From: Pseudomonadota bacterium
Lineage (GTDB): Bacteria > Pseudomonadota > Gammaproteobacteria > Steroidobacterales > Steroidobacteraceae
DNA: 58,319 nt
Assembly: GCA_018241545.1 (NCBI GenBank)
Contig: JAFEDP010000001.1
Span: forward strand, 1 to 58,319
Direction of reading: 5' to 3'
A model generated the notes under the pieces. It was not told where the DNA came from, ran no database searches, and saw only the letters and a program-made list of their open reading frames with translations. Both the position numbers and the translations under genes were made by a program. How positions within the stretch are numbered: position 1 is the first letter of the stretch; the number at the start of each line of letters is the position of its first letter. Of this stretch, positions 32,381 through 40,129 are shown in pieces.

Positions 32381-33565
32381 TCAGCCGGGGCGCCCGTCGA
32401 TCCGCACCGACCACAGCATCGGCCCGTAGACGATCAGGAACAGGGCGAAGGCCGCGGTCCACAGCAGCGCGCTCACGACGATGACCGCCGGGTAGTTGCC
32501 CGCCCACCAGACCAGCCCGAACACGCGCACCACCGCGGCGCCGGCGAGCAGCAGGTAGCCGGCGGTGATCGCCGGTGACGCGACCAGCGGGCGTCCGGTG
32601 TGGCCCAGCGTCGCGCGGCTCATCACCGCGAGGATCATGGTCGCCGCGGCGCCGATCGTCAGCGCGTGCAGCCAGAACGCAGCCACGCCCGCGCCGTTCA
32701 GGATCGCCAGCGCCTTGAGGCCCAGGCCCAGCGGCAGCCACGCGTAGCCGAGGTGCAGCACCCACACGAGGGGCACTCGCAGCGTGTGCAGGGAGCGCCA
32801 CTGCAGCAGCCGAATCGCCTGCGCCAGCGCAGCCGCCAGGGCAAGCCAGCCGTTGAGCCGGCCGTCCGGAGCGAGCGCATCGGCGGCGGCGCACGCGACC
32901 ATGAGACCGACCGTCAGCGGCGTCACGCCGCGCCATGCGGCGATGGTGGCGGTGACGCCCTGAGTGCGCAGCCCGGAGCTCGTGAAGGCCGGCACGATCC
33001 GGCCGCCGATGACCGTCACGAGCACCAGCACGACGTCGATCCCGAACTTCACCGCGGACAGCGCCCGCGTCGCGTCGTGCCGGCCGAGTTCCCAGTAGAA
33101 CGCGGCGTCGGCGAGCCACAGCACGACCAGCACCAGCAGCAGCGGCGTATTGCGGTTGCGCGCACGCAGCAGCGGCACCGCCACGAACACCGCCAGCACC
33201 GGGAGAAAGGCGAGGTCCGTCGCAGCCACGACCGGCAGCGGCCACCACTGGGACGTGCCCACGGCGAGTCGCGCCAGCAGCCAGAGCCCTGCCAGCAGCA
33301 TCAGTGGCCGGCCGGCGAAGCCCCGCTCGCCGGTCCAGCTCGGCACGGCAGTCAGCAGGAACCCGGCGATCGCCGCACAGATGAAGCCGTACAGCATCTC
33401 GTGGGAATGCCACAGCGTCGGGGGCCAGCCACCGGGCAGCGGCGTCCCGAACGCGAACGCGCTCGCCCACCACGGCACGAGCACCACCGCCGCCAGTCCG
33501 GTCGCGAGGAAGAACGGGCGGAATCCGTAGGCGAACAGCGCCGCGGGGGCTGACGGGGCTGCCAT
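32381..33565 (-). CDS. nnrS: NnrS-family haem/copper membrane protein
   Basis: Start MAAPSAPAALFAYGFRPFFL at 33565, inside track ORF 32381..33871. About 394 aa, polytopic and hydrophobic, with the GFRPFFL signature. Confidence 0.85.
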   Translation of the reverse strand: MAAPSAPAALFAYGFRPFFLATGLAAVVLVPWWASAFAFGTPLPGGWPPTLWHSHEMLYGFICAAIAGFLLTAVPSWTGERGFAGRPLMLLAGLWLLARLAVGTSQWWPLPVVAATDLAFLPVLAVFVAVPLLRARNRNTPLLLVLVVLWLADAAFYWELGRHDATRALSAVKFGIDVVLVLVTVIGGRIVPAFTSSGLRTQGVTATIAAWRGVTPLTVGLMVACAAADALAPDGRLNGWLALAAALAQAIRLLQWRSLHTLRVPLVWVLHLGYAWLPLGLGLKALAILNGAGVAAFWLHALTIGAAATMILAVMSRATLGHTGRPLVASPAITAGYLLLAGAAVVRVFGLVWWAGNYPAVIVVSALLWTAAFALFLIVYGPMLWSVRIDGRPG

Positions 33566-33570
33566 GCCCG

Positions 33571-34248
33571 TCAACCGCGGCGTCGCCGCGGCGCGCCGTC
33601 GCCGATGGCGATCCAGTCCATCGGTACGTCGAACGCCTGCGGGAAGATCGTCGGCAGCGACTGCTCCGGATAGCCGATGCCGATGGCGAGCGCGCGCGGC
33701 TGGAGCGAGGCGAGCGTGCGGTCGAAGAAGCCCCCGCCGTACCCCAGGCGGTAGCACTCGGCGTCGAATCCCACGAGCGGCGCGATGGCGACGTCGGGCC
33801 GAACCACGGCGCCGTCCGCCGGATAGGGAATGCGCCAGACCCCGTACGCCAGGCGCGCACCCGGCTCCCATTCACGGAACTCCAGCGGCTGGCCCTTGGC
33901 CACGACCACCGGCACGGCGACGCGGATGCCCTGTGCGTGCAGCTCGCGCATCCACGGCCGCAGGTCGGGCTCCGCACGGATCGGAAAGTAGGTGCTGACG
34001 ATCGCAGTGTTCGGAGGCAGCACCCCGTCCAGCTCGCGCGTGATCCGTTCGGTTGCCCGTGCTCGGTACTCCGCGTCCAGCGCCATGCGCAGCGCCAGCA
34101 GCCGCTCACGCTCGGCCTTGCGCCACCGCGCCACGTCCGTGGCCTGCACCGGATCCACTGGGCGGCCTTCGGCGTCCAGCAGGTGCATGTAGCAGGCCGG
34201 CGAGCCCGGTCCGTCCGCGTCGTCGGTGGAGTCTTTGGCCACGGCCAC
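33571..34248 (-). CDS. 5-formyltetrahydrofolate cyclo-ligase
   Basis: 225 aa. C-terminal GYGGGFFDRTL motif and VAVPVV block. Its stop lies 5 nt upstream of the nnrS start. Confidence 0.8.
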   Translation of the reverse strand: MAVAKDSTDDADGPGSPACYMHLLDAEGRPVDPVQATDVARWRKAERERLLALRMALDAEYRARATERITRELDGVLPPNTAIVSTYFPIRAEPDLRPWMRELHAQGIRVAVPVVVAKGQPLEFREWEPGARLAYGVWRIPYPADGAVVRPDVAIAPLVGFDAECYRLGYGGGFFDRTLASLQPRALAIGIGYPEQSLPTIFPQAFDVPMDWIAIGDGAPRRRRG

Positions 34249-34379
34249 CCCTCGAAATGGCGCACATTCTGCGCGGCGATGCGTGCTATCGCCAGCGGCT
34301 TATGCTTAAGAGCGGGCCGGAGCGATCGGCTTGATCTGCGTCATGGCGCACCGGGCCGGCCGGTGGCAGGCGCCGACGC

Positions 34380-34937
34380 TCAGTGCACCGGGAACGTCTC
34401 GGTGCGGTAGCGCAGCGCACGCAGCTGCGTCGACCAGTACGCGCTCGGCCAGCCTGCCTTGCGCTTGAGTTGCGCGACAAAGTCCCTCGCCTGCGGCAGC
34501 TGCTTCCAGACGGACGGCAGGAACGTCGCCCGCGCAGCGCCCTCGACGAGCACGAGGCCGTCGATCCCGGGCTCGAGCGCGGCGATCAGCTCCTCCTCGC
34601 TGCGCACCTCGAGCGGCACGAGCGGCGTGAGCACGCTGATGACCACGCTCAGGCTGGCGGCCTCCGTCGCGGCGATGGGCGGGAAGCGCGGATCGTCGTA
34701 GGCGCTCGCCCACGAGTTGTGCCAGACGTCGGCCGCGAGCATGCGGTGCGCCTCGAGCGTTCCCCGGCAGCCGCGCAGTTCCGTCCCGAGCGTCAGTGTC
34801 GTGAACGTCGCTCCCAGCCGCGCGAGCGCTGCCGACCAGGAGCGCGGCGGCAGCGGCGCCGGCGCCTTGCGTGCGCCGCGCGCAATCGATTCGTGCGCCA
34901 GTTCGATCAGGCGCCGTCGCTCCCGCTCGTCAAGCAT
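34380..34937 (-). CDS. amrA: AmmeMemoRadiSam system protein A (AMMECR1 domain)
   Basis: 185 aa. GATFTTL...LRGCRGTL and DPRFPP AMMECR1 blocks. ATG overlaps the amrB stop by 8 nt (ATGCTTGA). Confidence 0.85.
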   Translation of the reverse strand: MLDERERRRLIELAHESIARGARKAPAPLPPRSWSAALARLGATFTTLTLGTELRGCRGTLEAHRMLAADVWHNSWASAYDDPRFPPIAATEAASLSVVISVLTPLVPLEVRSEEELIAALEPGIDGLVLVEGAARATFLPSVWKQLPQARDFVAQLKRKAGWPSAYWSTQLRALRYRTETFPVH

Positions 34938-35736
34938 CGTAAAAGCCGAAGGCCCCGTATCCCACGACGCGCGCGTGGTCGCCCGCCGTATCCCCGGAGC
35001 TGCACTGGTCGAGGAGCTCGACGCGCATGTGGTGCCGCCGAGCGGCCCGCAGCAGGCCGTTCACCGGCACGCTGCCGCACGCGTCGCTCCCGTCGAGCGT
35101 GGGTCGGGCGGCGAGGATTTCCGTTGCCGTCCGGGCGTCGCGCGCGCGCGCCGCTTCATAGGTGTGGTAGTGGCTGAGGTCGGAGCTCACGACGATCACG
35201 GTCTCCGGTCCGCCCCAGATCGCCTCGAGCATCGCCTCGACGTCCGTGGCGGTCGCCTCGCCCACCAGTACCGGGACGACCGGCGCGCCCGGAACGATCC
35301 GCTGCAGGAACGGCAGCTGGACCTCGAGGCTGTGCTCGCGCGCATGCGGTGCGTCAGCGACGATGACACCGCGCAGCGCGGCGAGCTGCGCGACGCCTGC
35401 CGCGTCGATCTCGGCGCGGCCGAGTGGCGTCGTGAAGGCCGTGGCCCGCGGCAGCGCGAGCCCGCGGAACCACTCGCGATGGCTCGGGCCCACGAGCACG
35501 ACCCGGCGGATTCGGGCCGCAACCGGCACCAGCGTGCGAAACGCGCGCCCGGCGACCTTACCGGAATACGGGTATCCGGCGTGCGGCACGATCAGCGCCT
35601 TCGGCGCCGGCCCGACCGGGACGGGCCCGGACAGGAGCGCGTCCAGCAGGGCGTGAAGCTCGTCCGGGTCGGCCGGGTAGAACAGTCCGGCGACCGCTGC
35701 CGGTCGGGCATCGACCCTCGTGGCGAACACGCGCAT
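34930..35736 (-). CDS. amrB: AmmeMemoRadiSam system protein B (Memo-like)
   Basis: Start MRVFATRVDARPAAVAGLFYP at 35736, inside the 594 aa track ORF 34930..36714. IVPHAGYPYSG, EHSLEVQLPFL and SSDLSHYH Memo-family metal-site blocks. Confidence 0.85.
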   Translation of the reverse strand: MRVFATRVDARPAAVAGLFYPADPDELHALLDALLSGPVPVGPAPKALIVPHAGYPYSGKVAGRAFRTLVPVAARIRRVVLVGPSHREWFRGLALPRATAFTTPLGRAEIDAAGVAQLAALRGVIVADAPHAREHSLEVQLPFLQRIVPGAPVVPVLVGEATATDVEAMLEAIWGGPETVIVVSSDLSHYHTYEAARARDARTATEILAARPTLDGSDACGSVPVNGLLRAARRHHMRVELLDQCSSGDTAGDHARVVGYGAFGFYDA

Positions 35737-35844
35737 GCATCGCACCGGATTGAAAGGACCCGAACGCTCCCCACATCCCTCCATGTGGGCCGCCCCCACC
35801 CGTGGCTGTTCGACTATATCGCCGCGCCGAGGCGCGCCAACATC

Positions 35845-36966
35845 GTGACTGAACGAACCGAGACCGCGCTGTCGACCGTAGTGGACACCCGCTACTGGCA
35901 TAGCGTCGGCGCCGGACGTGTGCAGTGCGATGCGTGTCCGCGCGCCTGCCGCCTGCACGATGGACAGCGGGGGCTGTGCTTCGTCCGCGGCGCGGAATCG
36001 GGTCGTGTGCGGCTCTACAGCTACGGTCGCTCGAGCGGATTCTGCGTCGATCCGATCGAGAAGAAGCCTCTCAACCACTTCCTGCCGGGCAGCGCCGTGC
36101 TGTCCTTCGGCACCGCCGGCTGCAACCTCGCCTGCAAGTTCTGCCAGAACTGGGACATGAGCAAGTCGCGCGAGATGGACACGCTCGCAGACAGTGCGAC
36201 GCCCGCGGAGCTCGCCGCCGCCGCGCAGCGGCTCGGCTGCGCTAGCATCGCCTACACGTATAACGATCCGACGGTGTTCCTCGAGTACGCCGTCGACGTC
36301 GCGCAGGCCGCGCACGAGCGCGGCGTCCGCAGCGTCGCCGTGACGGCCGGCTACATGCTGCCGGCGCCGCGCGCCGACTTCTTCAGCCACATGGACGCGG
36401 CGAACATCGACCTCAAGTCGTTCAGCGAGCGCTTCTACCGCGAGATCTGCGGCGCCGAGTTGCAGCCGGTCCTCGAGACTCTCGAGTACGTGCATAGCGA
36501 GACGTCCGTGTGGCTGGAGGTCACGACGCTGCTGATCCCGGGACTCAATGACTCCGATGCGGAAGTCGCAGCCCTCTGCGCCTGGGTCGCCGATCGTCTC
36601 GGCCCCGACGTGCCGCTGCACTTCACCGCCTTCCACCCGGACTGGAAGCTGCGCGACGTCCCGCCCACGCCGCTGGCAACGCTGCGGCGCGCGCGACGCA
36701 TCGGGCTCGACCACGGCTTGCGCTACGTCTACACCGGCAACGTCGTCGATCGCGAGGGCGGAAGTACCTGGTGCAGCGGATGCGGCGGCCAGCTGATCGG
36801 ACGCGATGGTTACGACATCGAGTCGTGGAACCTCGACGGCGCGGCACGCTGCCGGCGCTGCCGCACGGTCTGCGCGGGCGTCTTCGACGGTGCGCCGGGA
36901 CTGCGGGCGCCGGGACGCCGCGGTGTGAGGCTGGCCAGCGCGCGCGAGCGCGCAGGCGGTGCCTGA
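35845..36966 (+). CDS. amrS: AmmeMemoRadiSam system radical SAM enzyme
   Basis: C-terminal 373 aa of track ORF 34717..36966. CNLACKFCQNW (CX3CX2C radical SAM cluster) preceded by a CDACPRAC motif. C-terminal CSGC...CRRC zinc-ribbon-like pairs. Start GTG 35845 (alternative GTG 35785). Confidence 0.85.
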   Translation: MTERTETALSTVVDTRYWHSVGAGRVQCDACPRACRLHDGQRGLCFVRGAESGRVRLYSYGRSSGFCVDPIEKKPLNHFLPGSAVLSFGTAGCNLACKFCQNWDMSKSREMDTLADSATPAELAAAAQRLGCASIAYTYNDPTVFLEYAVDVAQAAHERGVRSVAVTAGYMLPAPRADFFSHMDAANIDLKSFSERFYREICGAELQPVLETLEYVHSETSVWLEVTTLLIPGLNDSDAEVAALCAWVADRLGPDVPLHFTAFHPDWKLRDVPPTPLATLRRARRIGLDHGLRYVYTGNVVDREGGSTWCSGCGGQLIGRDGYDIESWNLDGAARCRRCRTVCAGVFDGAPGLRAPGRRGVRLASARERAGGA

Positions 36967-36984
36967 CGCCGGCTCGGCGAGCCG

Positions 36985-37539
36985 TCAGCCGGCCTGGGGC
37001 CTCGCTAGCGCATCGATCATCTCGAGGTACTCGTGAAGGCCCGGCGCATTGAAGCCGGCGAGCTTGCCCTGGTCGTCCCAGTGGCGCAGACGCACCCCTT
37101 CCCGGAAGTGCGACTGCGCTTCGAACGCCGCCACCTCGGCCGCGGACATCGGACCGCCCTGCAACCGCAGCGTCAGCACTGATGCCGGACTCAACCGGCG
37201 CGCGTAGCTCGGGTCGGTGGCGCACAGGTAGCGCTTCGCGGCGACGTGGAGCGCGACGGGCTCGGATACCTCGGGCCCGAACCGCTGCGCGAGCCAGGCT
37301 CGACCGACGTCCTCGTGCCGGGCGTCGGCATGCCAGTCGTGGATGTCGGCGGGGACGTCGTCGAGCAGGTGGCCGATGTCGTGCAGCAGCGCCGCGATCA
37401 CGAGGCTCGCGGGCGCGCCCTCGGCGCGTGCGAAGTAGGCCGCCTGCAGCCCATGCTCGAGCATCGACACCGGCTCGCCGAAATAGGAGCCGGCGCCGCG
37501 TCGCGTATACAGGGCGGTGACCTCGCCGCTGACGGTCAT
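36985..37539 (-). CDS. HD-domain mixed-valent di-iron oxygenase, PhnZ/TmpB-like (C-P bond cleavage)
   Basis: Start MTVSGEVTALY at 37539, 184 aa. LEHGLQAA, ALLHDIGH, ARHEDVG and ALHVAAKRYL ligand-bearing blocks resemble PhnZ-type HD oxygenases. ATGA overlap with the upstream dioxygenase stop. Confidence 0.7.
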   Translation of the reverse strand: MTVSGEVTALYTRRGAGSYFGEPVSMLEHGLQAAYFARAEGAPASLVIAALLHDIGHLLDDVPADIHDWHADARHEDVGRAWLAQRFGPEVSEPVALHVAAKRYLCATDPSYARRLSPASVLTLRLQGGPMSAAEVAAFEAQSHFREGVRLRHWDDQGKLAGFNAPGLHEYLEMIDALARPQAG

Positions 37540-38678
37540 TGCGGCAGGTCCCGCCGCAGGACCGCAAGGCGGCTCAGGACGCTGTCGCGCGTCAGGTAGC
37601 ACCCCTGCAGGTGGCGCGGGAACCGGGCCGACGAGAACGCGGTCCGGCCGTGGAGCGTGCGCTGGTTGTCGAATACGACCAGATCGCCGCTGCCAAGGCG
37701 GGTGCGCACCTGGAAGCGCGGCTCGCGCAGTAGCAATGCGAAGCGGCGGTACGCTTCGTAGAACGTGCGCAGCTCTTCACCGGCCAGCGTCAGCGGCGCG
37801 ATCGAGCGGTTGTTGTAGTGCACCGCCTCGATCGCGCCGGTCGCGGACAGGCGGATCAGTGGCGTCTCCGAGTACAGCTCGGCGTCGCGCGACCGGTACA
37901 GGAACGGCACCGGTGTGCGCGCCAGGCGGTCGAACGCTTCCGGGGCCGTTGCGCGCAGGTGCTCCGCGATCGCGAACCCGTCCGCGAACAGGCTGTCACC
38001 GCCCTCTGGCGAGGCGACCAGCACGTGCAGTGCCTGGAAGCCCGGCACCGGGTTGCGGTACGGGTTGTCGGTGTGCAGGCCCAGTCCGAAGTCCGAGTAC
38101 GCCAGGTTCTCCGGCTGCGCAACGGAGCGCACGTCGAACAGCAGCCCATAGTTGGTCTCGGCGACGAAGCCCAGCAGCGCGGCTGCGTGCAGCAGCGCGC
38201 GGTCGCGCGCCGGCACCCCGTGGATGAACGCCAGCCCGTCCTGGGCCAGGCGCGTCAGCCAGTCGACGCGGGCGGCGCCGTCGTGCTCGATCTCGGCCAG
38301 CGTGCGCGCGGCGAAGAAGGTACGCGCATCGATGGCCGCGCCGTCGAGCCAGTGGCGCACCGCGAGTTCCGGGCGGCGCTCCGAGCGCGGGCGCGACTGG
38401 CCGTCGAGCCAGGCGAGGGCGAAACGGTCCTCGCGCGACTCCCCTTCCCAATTCACGACCAGCGCACCATCGTCGATCCGCACGACGCGCAGACGCGGCG
38501 TGGCCGGCACGTCGGCGATGTCGACGAGCCGCTGGCCGTTGCCGGGGTCGCGATCGCCCGGACAGTTGTCGCGGAGCCACAGGCTCGCGAATTCCGTCGC
38601 GCGGCCGTCGGACCATTGGATCCTCACGCCCTGCGCGTCCCAGGTGAACCGCGCCATCGACCCTAGCGCCTCGGCCAT
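37536..38678 (-). CDS. Fe(II)/2-oxoglutarate dioxygenase, gamma-butyrobetaine-hydroxylase-like (TmpA/PhnY-like) with N-terminal DUF971 domain
   Basis: Start MAEALGSMARFTW at 38678, inside track ORF 37536..38909. N-terminal IQWSDGRATEFASLWLRDNCP (DUF971/BBOX N-domain). TauD-fold core with GLHTDNPY (HxD facial triad) and FDNQRTLHGR. Confidence 0.75.
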   Translation of the reverse strand: MAEALGSMARFTWDAQGVRIQWSDGRATEFASLWLRDNCPGDRDPGNGQRLVDIADVPATPRLRVVRIDDGALVVNWEGESREDRFALAWLDGQSRPRSERRPELAVRHWLDGAAIDARTFFAARTLAEIEHDGAARVDWLTRLAQDGLAFIHGVPARDRALLHAAALLGFVAETNYGLLFDVRSVAQPENLAYSDFGLGLHTDNPYRNPVPGFQALHVLVASPEGGDSLFADGFAIAEHLRATAPEAFDRLARTPVPFLYRSRDAELYSETPLIRLSATGAIEAVHYNNRSIAPLTLAGEELRTFYEAYRRFALLLREPRFQVRTRLGSGDLVVFDNQRTLHGRTAFSSARFPRHLQGCYLTRDSVLSRLAVLRRDLPQ

Positions 38679-38703
38679 CGACCATTCCCCCCCTCGAACA
38701 TCG

Positions 38704-40032
38704 TCAGGCGCGACGCTGGTACCGGTAGAGCAGCAGGGCTGCGACCGCAGACGCCGCACTGACCGCTGCCAGCGCCGCAAACACGCCCTGCCAGCCGACC
38801 GCCACGGCGGCCCGGGCGACACCCGCGCCCGCCAGCACGCCGCCGAGGTAACCGATGCCGTCGATGATACCCGACGAGGTTGCTCCTCCCCGCTGCCCGC
38901 CGAAGTCAAGCGCCATCGCCCCGCCCAGATAGGAGTACGGGCCGAGCAGGCAGAACGCCACGACCCCGATCATGACCACCGCGGTCACCGGTGTGGCGCC
39001 GATGACCGGCAGCAGCGTAAGCACGACGAGCGCCAGTGCCGTCGCCGCGAGCCCGGCGAGCAGCAGCAGCGGCCTGCCGTGTCCACCGAGACGATCGCCG
39101 AGCCATCCGGTGACCAGCACCGACAGCGCGCCGACGCCCGGGAAGACCGCGCTCAGGCTCGCGGCCTGGGCCGTGCTGTAGCCGGCGGACGCCTGCAGAT
39201 AGACCGGGGTCCAGACGCTGAAGGCCTCCCGCACGATGGTGCAGCCGAAGGACAGCAGGCACACGAGGCCGAAGGCGGGGCTCGTCAGCAGCGGCCGGAA
39301 GATGCCCGCCAAGCCAGCCCGTCGGGCGCGTTCTCGGGCGTACAGGTTGCGGGGGTTGGGCAGCGCCCCGCGGTGACCGAGGTCCTCGCGGGACTCCCTC
39401 AGGAACAGCGCATTGGCGAGCAACAGCGAGCCTGCAACCGCGGCGGCGAACACGAACACGCCCCGCCAGCCGATGCCATGATCGATCAGTACGCCGATGG
39501 ACTGGCGCGCCGCCGCGTCGCCGACGAGGTAGCTGAGGCTCAGGATCCCCACGACCGTCCCGTGCGCGGAAAAGTCGAACCACTTGGAGCAGACCTTCAG
39601 CAGGCCGGCCCAGCCCGCCGACTGGGTCAGGCGGTTACCGATCCAGGCGATCGTGAACACCGGCAGGCTCGCACTGCCCGCGAACAGCAGCGTGAACGCC
39701 GTCGCGCCGCCGAGGCCGAGCAGGAAGCTGCGCCGCCCTCCCCACAGGTCACCCAGCCCCCCCAGCAGCAGCTTGCCGAGTGCGTAGGCCAGCACGCCGG
39801 CGGAATACACGGTGCCGAGGCGCACGATGGCCTGCGCAGCCGGCACGCCGTGCGATCCGAGATCCGCGACCAGCAGGGGCATCGCGGCGGAAAAGTTGGC
39901 GCGGCAGAAGTAGTACGCCGCATACCCGGCGAAGAGCAGCGCCACGGTCGACACCTGGCGCCCACGCAGCGCGCGGGCCTGCGTTCGCGCCCTCGCCTGC
40001 TCGAGCGCGTCTACCTCGTCGACCCCGCTCAC
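38704..40032 (-). CDS. MFS transporter, organophosphate/sugar-phosphate permease-like
   Basis: Candidate GTG start at 40032 (VSGVDEVD...), about 442 aa with 12 predicted hydrophobic segments. YAAYYFCRANFSAAMP resembles GlpT/UhpC-type N-termini. The track ORF extends to 40242, but that extension is Arg/Ala-rich. Confidence 0.7.
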   Translation of the reverse strand: MSGVDEVDALEQARARTQARALRGRQVSTVALLFAGYAAYYFCRANFSAAMPLLVADLGSHGVPAAQAIVRLGTVYSAGVLAYALGKLLLGGLGDLWGGRRSFLLGLGGATAFTLLFAGSASLPVFTIAWIGNRLTQSAGWAGLLKVCSKWFDFSAHGTVVGILSLSYLVGDAAARQSIGVLIDHGIGWRGVFVFAAAVAGSLLLANALFLRESREDLGHRGALPNPRNLYARERARRAGLAGIFRPLLTSPAFGLVCLLSFGCTIVREAFSVWTPVYLQASAGYSTAQAASLSAVFPGVGALSVLVTGWLGDRLGGHGRPLLLLAGLAATALALVVLTLLPVIGATPVTAVVMIGVVAFCLLGPYSYLGGAMALDFGGQRGGATSSGIIDGIGYLGGVLAGAGVARAAVAVGWQGVFAALAAVSAASAVAALLLYRYQRRA

Positions 40033-40053
40033 GGCTCCCCCTCGCGGCCCCGG

Positions 40054-40111
40054 CCGCAGCCTAGCACGCCGATCCTGCGCCAACCCCGGTGCCGGGGATG
40101 CTAGGCTGCGG
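40054..40111. promoter_or_regulatory. Nested inverted repeat in a divergent promoter region (candidate operator or leader structure)
   Basis: Perfect 13 nt arms CCGCAGCCTAGCA (40054-40066) and TGCTAGGCTGCGG (40099-40111), separated by 32 nt. The spacer contains an inner palindrome CCCCGG-TG-CCGGGG (40084-40097). Confidence 0.45.
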
Positions 40112-40129
40112 ACCCGCCGCACGCCCGGA

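Noticed and set aside
32112-34265. 717 aa minus-strand ORF spanning the nnrS and cyclo-ligase region
   Set aside because: It is out of frame with two adjacent genes that each have clear signatures (GFRPFFL; GYGGGFFDR). Its Arg/Ala/Pro-rich composition is typical of an alternative frame in GC-rich coding DNA.
34717-35844. N-terminal 376 codons of the 749 aa plus-strand ORF, and likewise the long upstream extensions of ORFs 34930..36714, 45106..47457, 46239..48929, 50223..53429, 52460..54520, 41504..44206 and 54847..57018
   Set aside because: In each case family motifs and a plausible signal peptide or N-terminus begin only at an internal start codon. The upstream part is Arg/Pro/Ala-rich and overlaps a well-supported gene on the other strand or in another frame. 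I trimmed these genes to the internal starts.
36970-36984. Short hairpins after stop codons (CGGCTC-ggc-GAGCCG at 36970-36984; GGCGCC-atg-GGCGCC at 53437-53451; GCGGCC-gat-GGCCGC near 31186-31200)
   Set aside because: The stems are only 6 bp with 3 nt loops and no U-tract. Such palindromes arise frequently by chance in GC-rich sequence, so I did not call them terminators.
38152-40104. 650 aa ORF on the plus strand
   Set aside because: Antisense to the MFS transporter and the 5' part of the dioxygenase gene. It is extremely Arg/Ser/Ala/Gln-rich and low in complexity. The minus-strand genes have convincing motifs.
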